Source: Negaprion brevirostris (taxonomy: Eukaryota). From it: a stretch of 64,000 nucleotides of DNA. Of this stretch, positions 52,625 through 64,000 are shown piece after piece (the stretch's first letter is position 1; every line of letters begins with the position of its first letter). The notes below the pieces were generated by a model. The model saw only the letters and a program-made list of their open reading frames with translations. It was not told where the DNA came from and did no database searches. A program made the translations under genes and the position numbers. The stretch is from contig JARDVH010000110.1 in NCBI GenBank assembly GCA_030324005.1, forward strand, positions 13,958,172 to 14,022,171, given 5' to 3'.

Positions 52625-53847
52625 CCTTCATTGAGTGCTTTGGTTTTCTCCATGTCCTGAATTACATTCAAGAGGACTTTAATCTTGTGTTCGTTTGACT
52701 GCAAGGTATCCTCTATAAACTGCATTCTGCCTTGGAGATCACAAAGGTCCCTCGGTGTCAGATGGATTTGATTAATTTCTTTAATCCTTTTGCTGGTTTG
52801 AGATTTTATTTCCGTGTTACAGGAAGCTGTATGATTGCGTATGGGTTTTGGAGAGCTTTCAGTGCCCGAGAGGCCTGCTTTAACACCACTTAGTGAGCAC
52901 AGTGGGGATTTGGAAACGTCCGTGCCCACTTGATTGCTTTTCCCTGCACAGTCGGCAGGGAGCTCCGAATAGTCTAGCCAAATTTCTTTTTTGCAGTGAC
53001 ATGAGCCCCTGGTCTCAGTTGCAGTGCATTGTCGTGTGGGCTCTGGCTCCAATTTGTGCACAGCAGAACACTTTGGGTGTGCACGACTCCCACAACTTTC
53101 CGGCAGGGAGGCAGCAACTTTGGAACCAGAGTGACCAGGGTCCGATGGGCTGCCCGAGACCATTGAGTTCTCAAAATTATGTGCGTCCGTGGATGTGTCT
53201 GGGCACTGGCACGAAACTGCTTTGTCCCGCAGTGTGTCTTGTAGCTCAGGATCTGATGCTTGTGACAGCGATTTCCTCTTGACCGAGCTGTAGATGCTCG
53301 ACTGGGGTGATGCCCTGGCGGGTCTTTCAGTCCCTTGCTTTTGGGCTTGGCCTGACTCTGTCTGTTTAGACTGCATTGCAGTCTCCTTGGTTTCCAAAGC
53401 CAGGCCATTGCTTGTGAGGGTAACCCTGGTAGCTTTCACTGACTCCATTGACAATGACCCCTTGGTCAATCTTGTGCTGGTCTTCAGCTTCCCCTTAAAC
53501 TTTGGAAGGTGCTTTCTCGGACTTGGTGATGTCTGAATAGCAATACTTTTGAGGACACCCTGGGGCTTTGTAATCACCAGTGAACAGTTGGCCAGTCCTC
53601 GAGGCCTAGAGGTTTGTGCTTTCCCTTTAAGTGTGGGTTTCCCTTCAGTCCTTTCTCTCATGTTAGACATGCATTCCTCTTTGAAGTGCACCTGTTGAAC
53701 TTTGCTTTTGCGTTGCTGGACTTGCCTGGCAAGATCAGCAGAATCGTGACCTTCCTGCTTGAGTGCAAGGGAGCGTGCTTTTGGGTTTTGCACTGGAGCA
53801 CTGTTACATCTCAAAGGCTCCAGATAATTGCTTTCCTTGCGACCCAT
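52625..53847 (-). CDS. INSYN2B: INSYN2B/FAM196B (inhibitory synaptic factor family member 2B), main coding exon (407 codons + 2 nt)
   Basis: Long gap-free ORF with first ATG at 53847 in good Kozak context (GCGATGG). Motifs [28 protein letters not shown] and [51 protein letters not shown] match human INSYN2B as I recall it ([79 protein letters not shown]). Similarity stops at the phase-2 donor GAAGG|GTACGA (GT at 52624-52623). Confidence 0.93.
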
Positions 53848-54356
53848 CGCAGTGCTCAGCAAAAAGGCGAAAAATTGTGACGAGGCATGTAGGTGAAAAA
53901 CGATGAGTTGCAGGTGGAAATATTCCCCTGCCAAAAACCTGATAACATCACTGTAGCTCAGAATGAACTGGACTGCAAGGTCAACGGGTGACTTCTGCTC
54001 CCCTGGTTACAGTTGTCCGTTACGCTCATCAGACTGAAGGAACGGGAACTGGAGAATGCAGATTCAAGCTCTGTCAACACCATTAGTTCTGCTCACATTG
54101 GAACTGAGTGAACGGATAGGCAGAAAGAGGGCTGAGGAAGAGAAACACTTTATCAAAAGTTGAAAGTACACATCAGAAATCAGGTGCAAAGACGTTAACA
54201 GCTGGGTGTCACTTTGTACCGAATAAGCTTTTGCCTTACGATTCCAGACGTCACCCATTGTAAAATGGTGCCGAGGCTATTTTGTGAGTCACCAGCAGGC
54301 CATCACGTCCCTCTTGAGCGAAAATGTGGCTGTCAAAGGGGCTTCTGTGTGTTCAG
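53848..54356 (-). other. INSYN2B: Probable 5' UTR part of the INSYN2B main exon
   Basis: Repeat-free stretch upstream of the ATG, bounded by a good minus-strand acceptor AAATCTCCCTCTCATTTGTAG|CTGAAC (exon would start at 54356). Confidence 0.55.
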
Positions 54357-57300
54357 CTACAAATGAGAGGGAGATTTTCTCAGGATTCTGGGTGTGGTTG
54401 GTCAGTGCCATGGGGGAAGCTCATGTGAGAACTGCCTCGGGTGCACCCCCTGTCCTGTGGTGATGGTGTTCAGACTGGCTCCTCTGATAGCAGCTTCCAT
54501 TCGGGAGAACCTTTTCTCATTCAGCAAGCAGAACCCAAACAGTTCCAAATCAGGGGGAGAGAGAGACCATTGCTGTCCGATTATAGCGAAGCCTGGTTGT
54601 CAAGTGATGTTTATNNNNNNNNNNNNNNNNNNNNNNNNNNNNNNNNNNNNNNNNNNNNNNNNNNNNNNNNNNNNNNNNNNNNNNNNNNNNNNNNNNNNNN
54701 NNNNNNNNNNNNNNNNNNNNNNNNNNNNNNNNNNNNNNNNNNNNNNNNNNCACTTGTTTCTGGTAAAAAGAATATAAAAAAGAAAATGATTTAATGGTTT
54801 GCTTAGGCCGAACATTTCAATTCAGGCAAATAATGACGTGATTTTTTTAAAAAGTCCAGAGCTGCTCCTATGCTCTGTGACCTGATTTGAAACATGGTCA
54901 TATAGAGAACATGACTAGATTATCCGTCAAATTCCCTGAAGAAATGATTCCCTTGCAATTGTCCAATCTCTTGAATATCCATCGAACGTAACCTGCAATA
55001 TTCCCCTACATTGCATCTCACTGCACTCCTTAGGCTGTCCCTTCTGGGCCTTTTGTGTAAACTCATTAAATCACCTGTACTGCCTATGGACCTCCCTGAT
55101 TTTAAGGTGATGCATATATTTCAAACTATAAACCGTCAGTCAGGGCTTCCTAATTCTGTTCCTTTAAGGACCTTGAATAGATTTTACTGTTGGCAATGGG
55201 TTAACCTTGGCAATAGTGTAAATATTTGTTCACAGCACCCTCTAAAGGCTCAGTTGATAAAAGTTTTGTTTTACTGCCCACAACCTTCTAGTTTTGATTC
55301 CTGGTCTTTGCCGAAATCGTTGCTTTTGGCTGACAACCCAAGATCCTCAAACAGATCGGTCAACCAGGAATTCTTCTATCCTGTGATCCCTGCTAAAAGT
55401 GTGTGTCTGTCTGTGTGCATGGACACCGGATCATGATGGAATTAAGCTCAGCTGTGAAGCCTCCCAAGGTGCAATAGCTACCGAACCTCTGTCGCTCTTG
55501 GGTATTTCGTTAAGGGAGCTGACTTAGAGGTGATACTGAAACGAAGAACAGTCCTGGTTGTGCATGTACTGTAGCAAGAGATACCTCCAGGTCTCACAGA
55601 TGAGGGGGGCGAAGAATAAAAAATGCAAAACTTTGAAATAGTAAAGTTGGCTTAAGAACTAAAAATGAGTAGATGGAGAGGTGTTAACTCTCACCTAGCA
55701 TGGACTTTAATTGAACCCTTAAATTTAAATGGAAATGTAAAGAACAAACTATTAATGAAGAAGCTTTTACAACTTTGGGGCATTCCTTACTGTTTGAGTG
55801 AACACTTTAGTTGAGTCACAGTTGCAATGTTGAGAAATGATTGCCTGTTTTCTAAGCTCTATGAACTAGGCCATAGACCATAAGAGGTGAAGTACCTTTC
55901 GAGTTTCCAACCTTNNNNNNNNNNAGGTGTTGTGGAACCCTGCAGACAATCCAGGAGAAAGATCAATTGGCTGTTAAACCCAATTGCGTTTCGATTTCCA
56001 ACTCTTTCATTTATTGGTTTGAACCGGGCTGTTGGAGATGGGTGGCAATGTGATTTTTGAAAAAAAAACCTCAGACTCACGTCAGTTAATGCTTACTGTG
56101 TGTCAGTGTCCCATACTCGCATTTACTCAGGCGTCGCTGTTTTGGATAGGTGCTAGACGCCAATTTCCATGGCTACAATCCTTGACAAATGACCCTGCAC
56201 TAACACNNNNNNNNNNNNNNNNNNNNNNNNNNNNNNNNNNNNNNNNNNNNNNNNNNNNNNNNNNNNNNNNNNNNNNNNNNNNNNNNNNNNNNNNNNNNNN
56301 NNNNNNTAACACTAAGCTTGTGGTCTTGCTGTCAGTTATTCTGATGTGGGAAGCGTGCAACAGACCCATTGCACAGCAGAAGACATGCAGCTGTGAACCA
56401 CAGAACTGTTTTCATTAGAAAGGATGCCATAGCATTTTGCCTAATTAGGTTAGCAGAAGGAGCCGCTGTAAAGGGAGAGATTTATCAAATATCTACCCTT
56501 TTATAGAAAATGCTGATGGCACTGTGGATTTACACATTGTATTACTGGTATATTGAGAAAGACATTGTGCACTTTATGTATAACATTTAATATATTTTCC
56601 ACCCCAGCGTGAATTTAAAAACCAGACTGGATATATGATTCCTGGTTAGGCATTCAAGTCGGGAAACTGCCTACAACTCCATTACTGCCCTTGGATTGAG
56701 GAGAGATGGGAATTTTCACTGTCCAGTAATCCATGCTGGAGTGTGATCATCGGGTAAACAGGACAGGACAGGACAGCGCTGTCACTGCTGTCTAGTCTTA
56801 GAGGTGACCAAAGGATAGTGAGGGAAACCACCTGATCTTACTGGAAAGCTGTCCCAGCAAAGGTTGGCATCCAGAGAGGAGAAGTGATCGAAAGAATGAG
56901 AAAGGAGAGGAAAAGCTTCTGCTGTGAAAAGATTGTTAGAAGGGAAATAGCAAGGTTTGCTTGAAATCTGCGAAAACCTATTGGTATCTTTACAAAACCG
57001 ACTTATGCTGCGTTCATAAAATCCCTGAAAATCATCACTTTAAAATAAGCTGGTGCAACTTAGCCTTAACCTTTTTTCAGCAGCTGTTAGCTAGCAATGA
57101 AATACATAGTCGGAGATCTGCTAGAAGTGGGTCAGCTCTGGGGAGGAAAATTACCAGATGTACAAGGATAAGGAGAGATCAGCTCATTCATACTCTTCAC
57201 CTTGCTGCCCCATTCCTCCTCTTGACATCTCACTGCTTCCTAAAGGATTTCAGGCTTTTAACTACACCAGGAGTATGGAGGGGACAGAGACAGGGACGGG

Positions 57301-58300
57301 GTGGGGTGGGGGTGTGGGTGTGGGGACTCAGTTCCAAATGCTGGTTACCCTTAGCTTATGACTTAAAAGCTATGGGCTCGGACACAGCCCTGTACTCCCT
57401 CATTCCCTTAAGTGCCTTTGGAGTGAAGGTTTGAAATTTGAGAGTTTCACTTGAACTCACTTCATCTCTTTGCAATATCGACTATTTCTAACCTACCTCT
57501 AACCAATCTGTAATAATTCAGAGCGAAGTTGAATGGCTTATACTTACGCTGCTGAGCTTCAACTTTCGGAGGGGAAGAGAATATGAATAAAATGTAAAAG
57601 TTGTCCATTATTTTAACTTGGAGCAGGATTACTTCATCTGTTGTTCACCATTAACACCAGTCCTGCCAGTCCAAGTGGTGCTGCAGATCACAATCGACCA
57701 GTTTTCCACTAGCTGTACTGTTGATTAAAGTCTCTAACTGTCTTCCCCTGCCTGCCACACTCCGCCCCCAGACCCCTGCACCTCTTCCCCACACATACAC
57801 CCCCACTTCACCCTCTCAACCTCTCTCTCTCCCTCTCCTTCCACATTCTTCCTGCACATCCTGAAGCCAGGGTGCACGACTGAGTGATGGCAGTAACGTG
57901 TCACTGTCCAAATTCCAATCTTTCTTTCTGCTGGGGAAACTGAGGGGATAGAGAGCTAGGCAGAAGCGGCAGCTTTTGAACAACCTTGAGCGTTGGCTAC
58001 CTTTCCTATGGAACACCACATCAAACACCATCGGCGAACGTACTAGATACAGCGCAGGAAACAGATGTGAAGATCAAGTGATTGACACGCAGCCCCTCTG
58101 TCCAAATATACTTGCCGTTTCACAGATCATTAAAGGCGCGGTTTAACACTGATTTAAGATGCTGGTTCAGCATACAGACATAGAGGTTGAAACGCATCGA
58201 CCGAACAACATTTAACAAGTTGCCCACTTTTAAATGCCACATGTTTTATGGTAACGCTCCAAATTCTGCGGGTTCATATTGCGAGCGAAAGACTTCTTAC

Positions 58301-58760
58301 CTGCCAGGTCCCCCACGCCATACGATATTCGGGCCATACACTGACAGTGAGCACGGGATGCCATTCCCAGCTCTTATGAGGAGACCCCTGAAGTTAATGC
58401 CCCGATGGAACCAGCTAAAAGCTTTAGCAAGGCTAATCCCTCAGCCACTCCTCCTCCCCTCTCCATCCCCCGTTCTGTCCGTGCACGGGGTAATCCAGTC
58501 AATTCATAACTCCTCGTCCTGCTGAAGTGCTGAGAGGAGAAAGCTTGGCGGAGCTTTGTTCAGTAATACTGTACTGTGCAAGCCAAGGCTCAGCTTTAGT
58601 ATATTTACAGCCTGAGCTACTGCACTGCTAGCAAATAAAGCTGAAGCAGAGCTGACAGTACTGTCGCTGTCTCTCTCTCGCTCTCGCTCTCTCTCTCTCT
58701 CTCTCTTCAATACACATTCCACGTGAGAACTGCCTGTACACCACACTCAGACCAGACATG
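58301..58760 (-). promoter_or_regulatory. INSYN2B: Candidate INSYN2B promoter / non-coding first exon
   Basis: Unique, relatively CpG-retaining region. It has a strong minus-strand donor GGCAG|GTAAGA at 58301/58300, a (GA)n tract and an E-box CACGTG at 58720-58725. No transcript evidence. Confidence 0.4.
58668..58706. repeat. (CT)n/(GA)n microsatellite
   Basis: TCTCTCTCTCGCTCTCGCTCTCTCTCTCTCTCTCTC. Confidence 0.9.
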
Positions 58761-59989
58761 TCCTGGGTTAGCAGTAGAGGTGAGATTTGGGTAAATAATT
58801 ATCCACATGTCAATCAGTTCAGACTCCCTACATCCGGTTAAGGCTCTAAATTACCCAGGCTTGGCAATTGCTATTCCTCCATCCACAAGTCTCAAGCTGT
58901 TCATAGTCTGCCTGTCAGTGCAATCTGTTCTCCCCTGTGCACCATTAAAAGGGCAATGGAACTATGCTTTTGNNNNNNNNNNTAATTCAATTATTACTTC
59001 TTAGATCCTGGCTAGCCTGTCAGGCCATCTTCATTTCCCCGAATGAATCACCTTGGACTATTTATCTTCAAACATGTTGCACCATAATAAGCTGTGCCTT
59101 CCCTTAAGAATGTTCCCATGTGCATTGGCAACACTCCACCTCTTGCATCAAGAAAGTGAAACATTTGAACTCCACTCCAGACAACTCTGTGGATGGAAGC
59201 GAGAATCTGGCCTCTCAATACTGTGGGGTTGTTTAGATTTGGATGGAGTGACCACTGGCTCAGTGTTAGCATTCCTGTCTGGGTCTAAGTCAGATCACCC
59301 TCAGCAAGTCAAGAGGAGATCAACACACCAGTCTGGAGGTGGCACTGGGGGTACTTGAATGGGGCTGCATCATTCCAGAACCTCCTATGTGAAAATTGGG
59401 GTAAGAAAGTGTCCTAGACCAGAATAGGACAGACCTTCGCTTGAACACTCCTCTCTCCTTCCCGTTCTATTTGTTCATGGCTGCAGTATTTGTGGTAGAC
59501 TTCCGTAGACACCAGCTGATTCAGCGTAGGTGAATGTTGCCAATCTGAAGGCAAGATATCGAAACCCAAAGCACCTTTCATCCAAAGTCTTTTCCAGTTT
59601 TGAAAACCATGGAACTGGCATCGAGATACAGCATCTGTTCTATTTTCCGTGAGTGACACTGCTCAGCTCACAGATATTGGTCCTTAATGGAACTCAAATT
59701 AAACAGAAGCCAGTGATTGAATTTCACAGCCTTTGTGAAGAAGTTTCTTCTGCCCTCTGAAGCCTCTTCAGCACTAATTGGTATTAAATTGACTATCTCA
59801 TTCAGACAGGCCACAGAATAGCTTAGGAGGGAAGAAGAGTTGTCACACTGGTGCATTAAGAGCAGTATCTGTCTTTGGCTTCACTTCAGAGAGGTCATAG
59901 ATTAACCTGAGTGTTCCAGTACTCGGCACTAACAATAATGAGTGCAAAATTCGTTGGAAATGATTTAACCCACTCCCAATGGTTATGCT

Positions 59990-60215
59990 CACATTCACAA
60001 AGACACACACCTGCAGAATCTCACAGGCACATGCATGCACACAGACACTCATCTACACCCACACAATCTCACAGACACAGACATGCATAGCAACACAGAG
60101 CTGCCCACGTGATCTCAAAGACATGCACACAAATAGATGGTAAAACAATCTCTCACACATACACACACACATGCATAATCTCACAGGAACATGTACACAT
60201 GCACCCACACCCCAC
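59990..60215. repeat. Degenerate CA-rich low-complexity repeat
   Basis: Repeated CACACA/ATCTCACA/ACATGCA units. Confidence 0.7.
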
Positions 60216-60544
60216 GTTGGGACAGGAACCTGCAGCCAGTAATGGCGCCAAAAACAAAGATTTAGTAGTGGTGGGAAGCAAATTCAGCCATAAATGAAAC
60301 AAGATTTAGAAGGGGAAATTAATTGGAAAAGGTTGAAGCAGAATATTATCATTTTGAGGGTAACCACTCCCTTGAATCCTGTAGATATAAAGATGCTGAG
60401 TGTTTTTCCTGTCTCAGGAAAGGCCATTAAAGGCGTCGGTGCAAAAGCCAGTCAAGCCTACCCAGAAACTGATTAAGTAGAGAATCACACATATATAATG
60501 TAGAAGAAGCTAGCAGATGCTCACTCCCTGTTTAACCTGAAAAC

Positions 60545-61855
60545 AGGCAAGATAGCCCCCCCATTACTGTAACGTTCCTGGTAAATGGAAAGCCTCTTAA
60601 GATGGAACTAGATAACGGGGCATCTGATGCTGTGGTAGGAAACATACATTTCGGTACTTGAGAGATTGAGCCTCCCATTGAATTTAAAGAATAGTGCAGC
60701 AAAGTTAGCAACTTACACAAGAGAAGCCATAAAAGTAATGGGGGTGATGACAGTGCCTGTAAACTATAAGCAACAGTCTGCCCAGCTTCCAGTAATGGTA
60801 GTGTCAGGCAAAGGACAAAGCCTTCTGGGCCACAATTGGCATAAGGAAATCAGGTTAAATTAGACTAAAATTTTCCAAGTGCGGGCAGGAGGACTGCTTG
60901 AACTGATAAAGACATACGAAAGTTTCTTCTTGACCAGCAAAATAAAAAAACCTGCAAATGACCCCTTGATTTTTTAGGGCAAGACTAGTGCTGGATGCCT
61001 TATGAAAAAACATGGATACTGAATAAAGAGATTGGAAGAACTGGGCATTATCCAATTAGTTCAGTTTGCGGAATGGGCAGCACATATTGTCCCCGTGTTG
61101 AAGCCAGACATGACCATTTTCATTTGTGGGGACTACAGGTTAACAGTTAATCAGGCTGCCAAGTTGGATAAACATCCAATCCTAAAGTTGAAGACCTGTT
61201 TACAAAGCTGGCCAGAGGTCAGGCACATCAGCAACTTGAATTAGATGATTCTTCCCAAGGCCATGTCATAGTAAACATAGACAAAGGTTTGTTCCAGTAT
61301 ATATGCGTGCTCTTTGGTGTGTCATCAACAGGTGCTATTTTCCAGAAGACGTTTGTCTGTTGCAAGGGCTGCCATGAGCTATACCTTAATGATGTTCTTA
61401 TAACTGAATTAACAGAAGCTGAGTACTTTGCTAACTTAGAGGAGGTGCTAAAGAGATTTCAAGAAACTGGAGTGTACCTCAAGAAGGAGAAATGTATTTT
61501 TCAAGCCACTGGGGTAGCATACCTGGAATACCATGCAGGCGCAAGGATCACACCCCATGGAAGACAAGTTCAGAGCCATAAAGGAGGCATCAGCCAGCAA
61601 AAAGAACATCTGAGCTTAAGTCATTTTTATGGATGGTGTATTAGTATGGGCACTTATTTACTGAATGTGTCGATGTTATTGGTCCCTTTGCATACTTTGC
61701 TAAACGAGCACCAGCATTGGTTTTGGAATTTGACCCAGAAAGAAGCTTTTAATAAAATAAAGCAATTCCTACATTCTTCAAACTTGTTAGTACATTTTGA
61801 CCAATCTAAGAAACTGGTGCTAACCTGTGATGCCTCTCCATTTGGGTCTTTTTAA
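60545..61855 (+). mobile_element. Decayed Ty3/Gypsy LTR retrotransposon pol (protease-RT-start of RNase H)
   Basis: Protease PITVTFLVNGKPLKMELDNGAS (DTGA-like). RT ELGIIQLVQFAEWAAHIVPVLKPD..ICGDYRLTVNQA and YLNDVLI (YLDD-like). RNase H start LVLTCDASPFG. Many frameshifts and stops. Confidence 0.9.
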
Positions 61856-62780
61856 AGAAGACAAGGATTCATGTGTTAAATATTCAATAATCAGGGAGCG
61901 AGTAAATTAATTGTTGTCAATTGTATAAAATAACTTGTGGTGGGGTNNNNNNNNNNNNNNNNNNNNNNNNNNNNNNNNNNNNNNNNNNNNNNNNNNNNNN
62001 NNNNNNNNNNNNNNNNNNNNNNNNNNNNNNNNNNNNNNNNNNNNNNCACCACCTCCTCTAACCGCTAAACTAACCCCCCGAGTAAAACTCTCACCTCTAA
62101 TCACTTAATTACCACCCCCCCCCCCCCCAAATCATCTGACTACCCTCCCTGTATACCCCTGTCCCTCAATCCAGCTTACAGCAACTACTGCCCTAAAAAG
62201 GGGCATGGCTTCTTACCCTGTTGCTGCTGCACTGCTCAGAAAGGACATCGGTAGGATCTATGTTGAACATTTCTCAGCAGGTCCTAGTTAGAATTCCAGG
62301 CAAGTAACGTGCAGATCCAGAATATGGAAAGCAAAAAGGAATGGAGTGGCAAGCCAACAGTAATTGCTAGTCAATGGAACATTCAGACGAAATGACAGAC
62401 TTGATTGTACATGACAAAATTTCAAAATTTACTTGGGAGCATTGTAAACTGTGAGAAGGATAATGATAGACTTTAAGAAGACATGAACATGAGCAGTGTC
62501 CTTTTTTGTTCCTTTCTATTTGTATTATGTTTTCCTTCTATTGATGAAAAAAGAGGCAAGCTGTTGAAATATTTCTGTCTTGCATTCATCAGGACAGATG
62601 CGAGAAGTCAAGTCTTCTTTTCTCTTGGAAGCCCACACCCAACCTAATGCCAAACATCATTCGATCATGTGATCCTTTTATCTGCCCAAAAATAGGCACA
62701 GCGTGACCCAGGCTGACATTGTCTCTAATTTTTCCAACTTTCAAATACAAATGGATCAAACATTACAAAGGTTAAAATCT

Positions 62781-62816
62781 AACTAATATTAGAAACTAAT
62801 ATCAGAAACTAATATC
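62781..62816. repeat. 13-bp tandem repeat x~3
   Basis: AACTAATATTAGA AACTAATATCAGA AACTAATATC. Confidence 0.8.
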
Positions 62817-63544
62817 TAATTTTATTAGGAACTGGTCTTGATATTATATTCGTTGGAAACCTTAGATATTGGGGACAGTATAGAAAAGATACCTAAGTAG
62901 CATGGTGATATAGAACTTGTCAAATTTTAAAACGCTTATTTGCAGTGAAAGCTGAGATCTTGAAGCTATCCATAAAACTGTTTGTGTGAGATAACTACAG
63001 GAAGAAATAAGAGACCATGTAATGTAAAAGCCTTGAGAAACTGATAAATACGTAATTATACAAGGTTAGCAACAGCGCATGAGCTATTCCTGGTTGGTCA
63101 AGAAAAACATGTTCAACCATAGGGTTGATGATGATTGGGAAGATGGAGGAGTTAAGTAGTAAAAAGCCAGGATTAAAGCAGGCTTCCCAATCAGGTTCAC
63201 ATGGCAGCAAAATCTAGACAAAAGAATAAAATAAGAACAAGGCAACCAAGAGCAAAAAGAACACACCAAAACTGCAAGAGAACCAATGTGCATAACCTGT
63301 CCACACTGCATTAGACTGTAAATGACTGCCTCAGTATACTGGTGCAGTTGACCTAAAAACTGAACAAACTTGTTCTGACTTCCTCATTAATCTATGGCTG
63401 AACCTTTTATTGGTCCGTTCCATAACAATGACCTCAAAAACAAACAGAATTAAATAAAATTTTAAGTAAAGGCCAGCAAAACATCAGAAGGCAACCAGAA
63501 TAGCTAATGTCTGTTTGATGATGGTCCAATGCCTGAGTGTTAAC

Positions 63545-63930
63545 ATTTTTAAAAATTCACTCATTAGATAAGAGCGTCACTGGCTGGCCCAGCAATTACT
63601 GCCCATTTCCAATTGCCCTTGAATGGAGTAGCTTGCTAGGCCATTTCAGAAGGCATTTAAGAGTCAACACGTGTTATGGTCATAAGTCACTTGTCAGTCA
63701 AACTAAGTAAAGATGGCAGTTTTCCTTTTGCAAAGGGCATTAGTGAACCAGATGGATTTTCATAACAATTGACAATGGTTTCATGATTATTAGGCTCTTA
63801 CTTCCAGAATTCTTTTATTGAATTGAAATTACATCGTCTGTATGGTGGGATTCAAACACGAATCCCCAGAGCATGTAGTTGGGTCTCTGTATTGCTAGTC
63901 CAGTGACAATACCAGTATGCAACCACCTCC
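63545..63930 (-). mobile_element. tRNA-headed SINE sharing the 3' tail of the LINE at 570-940
   Basis: Minus strand: GGTGGTTGCATACTGGTATTGTCACTGGACTAGCAATACAGAG..GTTTGAATCCCACCA head and AAGGGCAATTGGAAATGGGCAGTAATTGCTGGGCCAGCCAGTGACGC tail. Confidence 0.65.
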
Positions 63931-64000
63931 ACCATATTAGCACCAAAGCAAATGTCAGTGACAGATGCTTTATCCTGTGTTAGTTTTTTAAAAAAATTCA

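Noticed and set aside
53848-53934. 29-aa N-terminal extension (MAGEYFHL…) in the ORF track
   Set aside because: It starts at TTG under a prokaryotic start rule. The first ATG in good context is 53847.
56755-56785. REST/RE1 site (GGACAGCGCT)
   Set aside because: Only the right half-site is present, arising from a (CAGGA)n run. The left half TTCAGCACC is absent.

Overview
Vertebrate genomic DNA from a gapped draft assembly. The repeats (HE1/V-SINEs, HER1/CR1 LINEs, Deu-domain SINEs) indicate a shark; a carcharhiniform is likely but inferred. The only supportable host gene is INSYN2B (FAM196B) on the minus strand. It has a large coding exon (ATG 53847 to GT donor after 52625), a 75-bp exon missed by the ORF track (26093-26019) across a 26.5-kb intron, and candidate 5' non-coding exons/promoter near 57.5-58.8 kb. 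Its last exon was not found and lies outside the window or in a gap. In mammals INSYN2B is nested antisense in a large DOCK2 intron, and no DOCK exon was recognised here. The rest is intronic DNA dense in SINEs, CR1/L2 LINE fragments, two decayed Gypsy elements, Penelope remnants and MITEs. The most interesting observation is a ~280-bp retroposed element at 37856-38138 (-). It starts with U2 snRNA nt 1-37, carries a second remodelled U2 stem-loop, ends in poly(A) and is flanked by an 18-bp target-site duplication. A related partial copy lies at ~21514-21625. Together they suggest a shark U2-snRNA-headed SINE family. All family assignments are from recognition and memory, not database searches, and most repeat boundaries are approximate.
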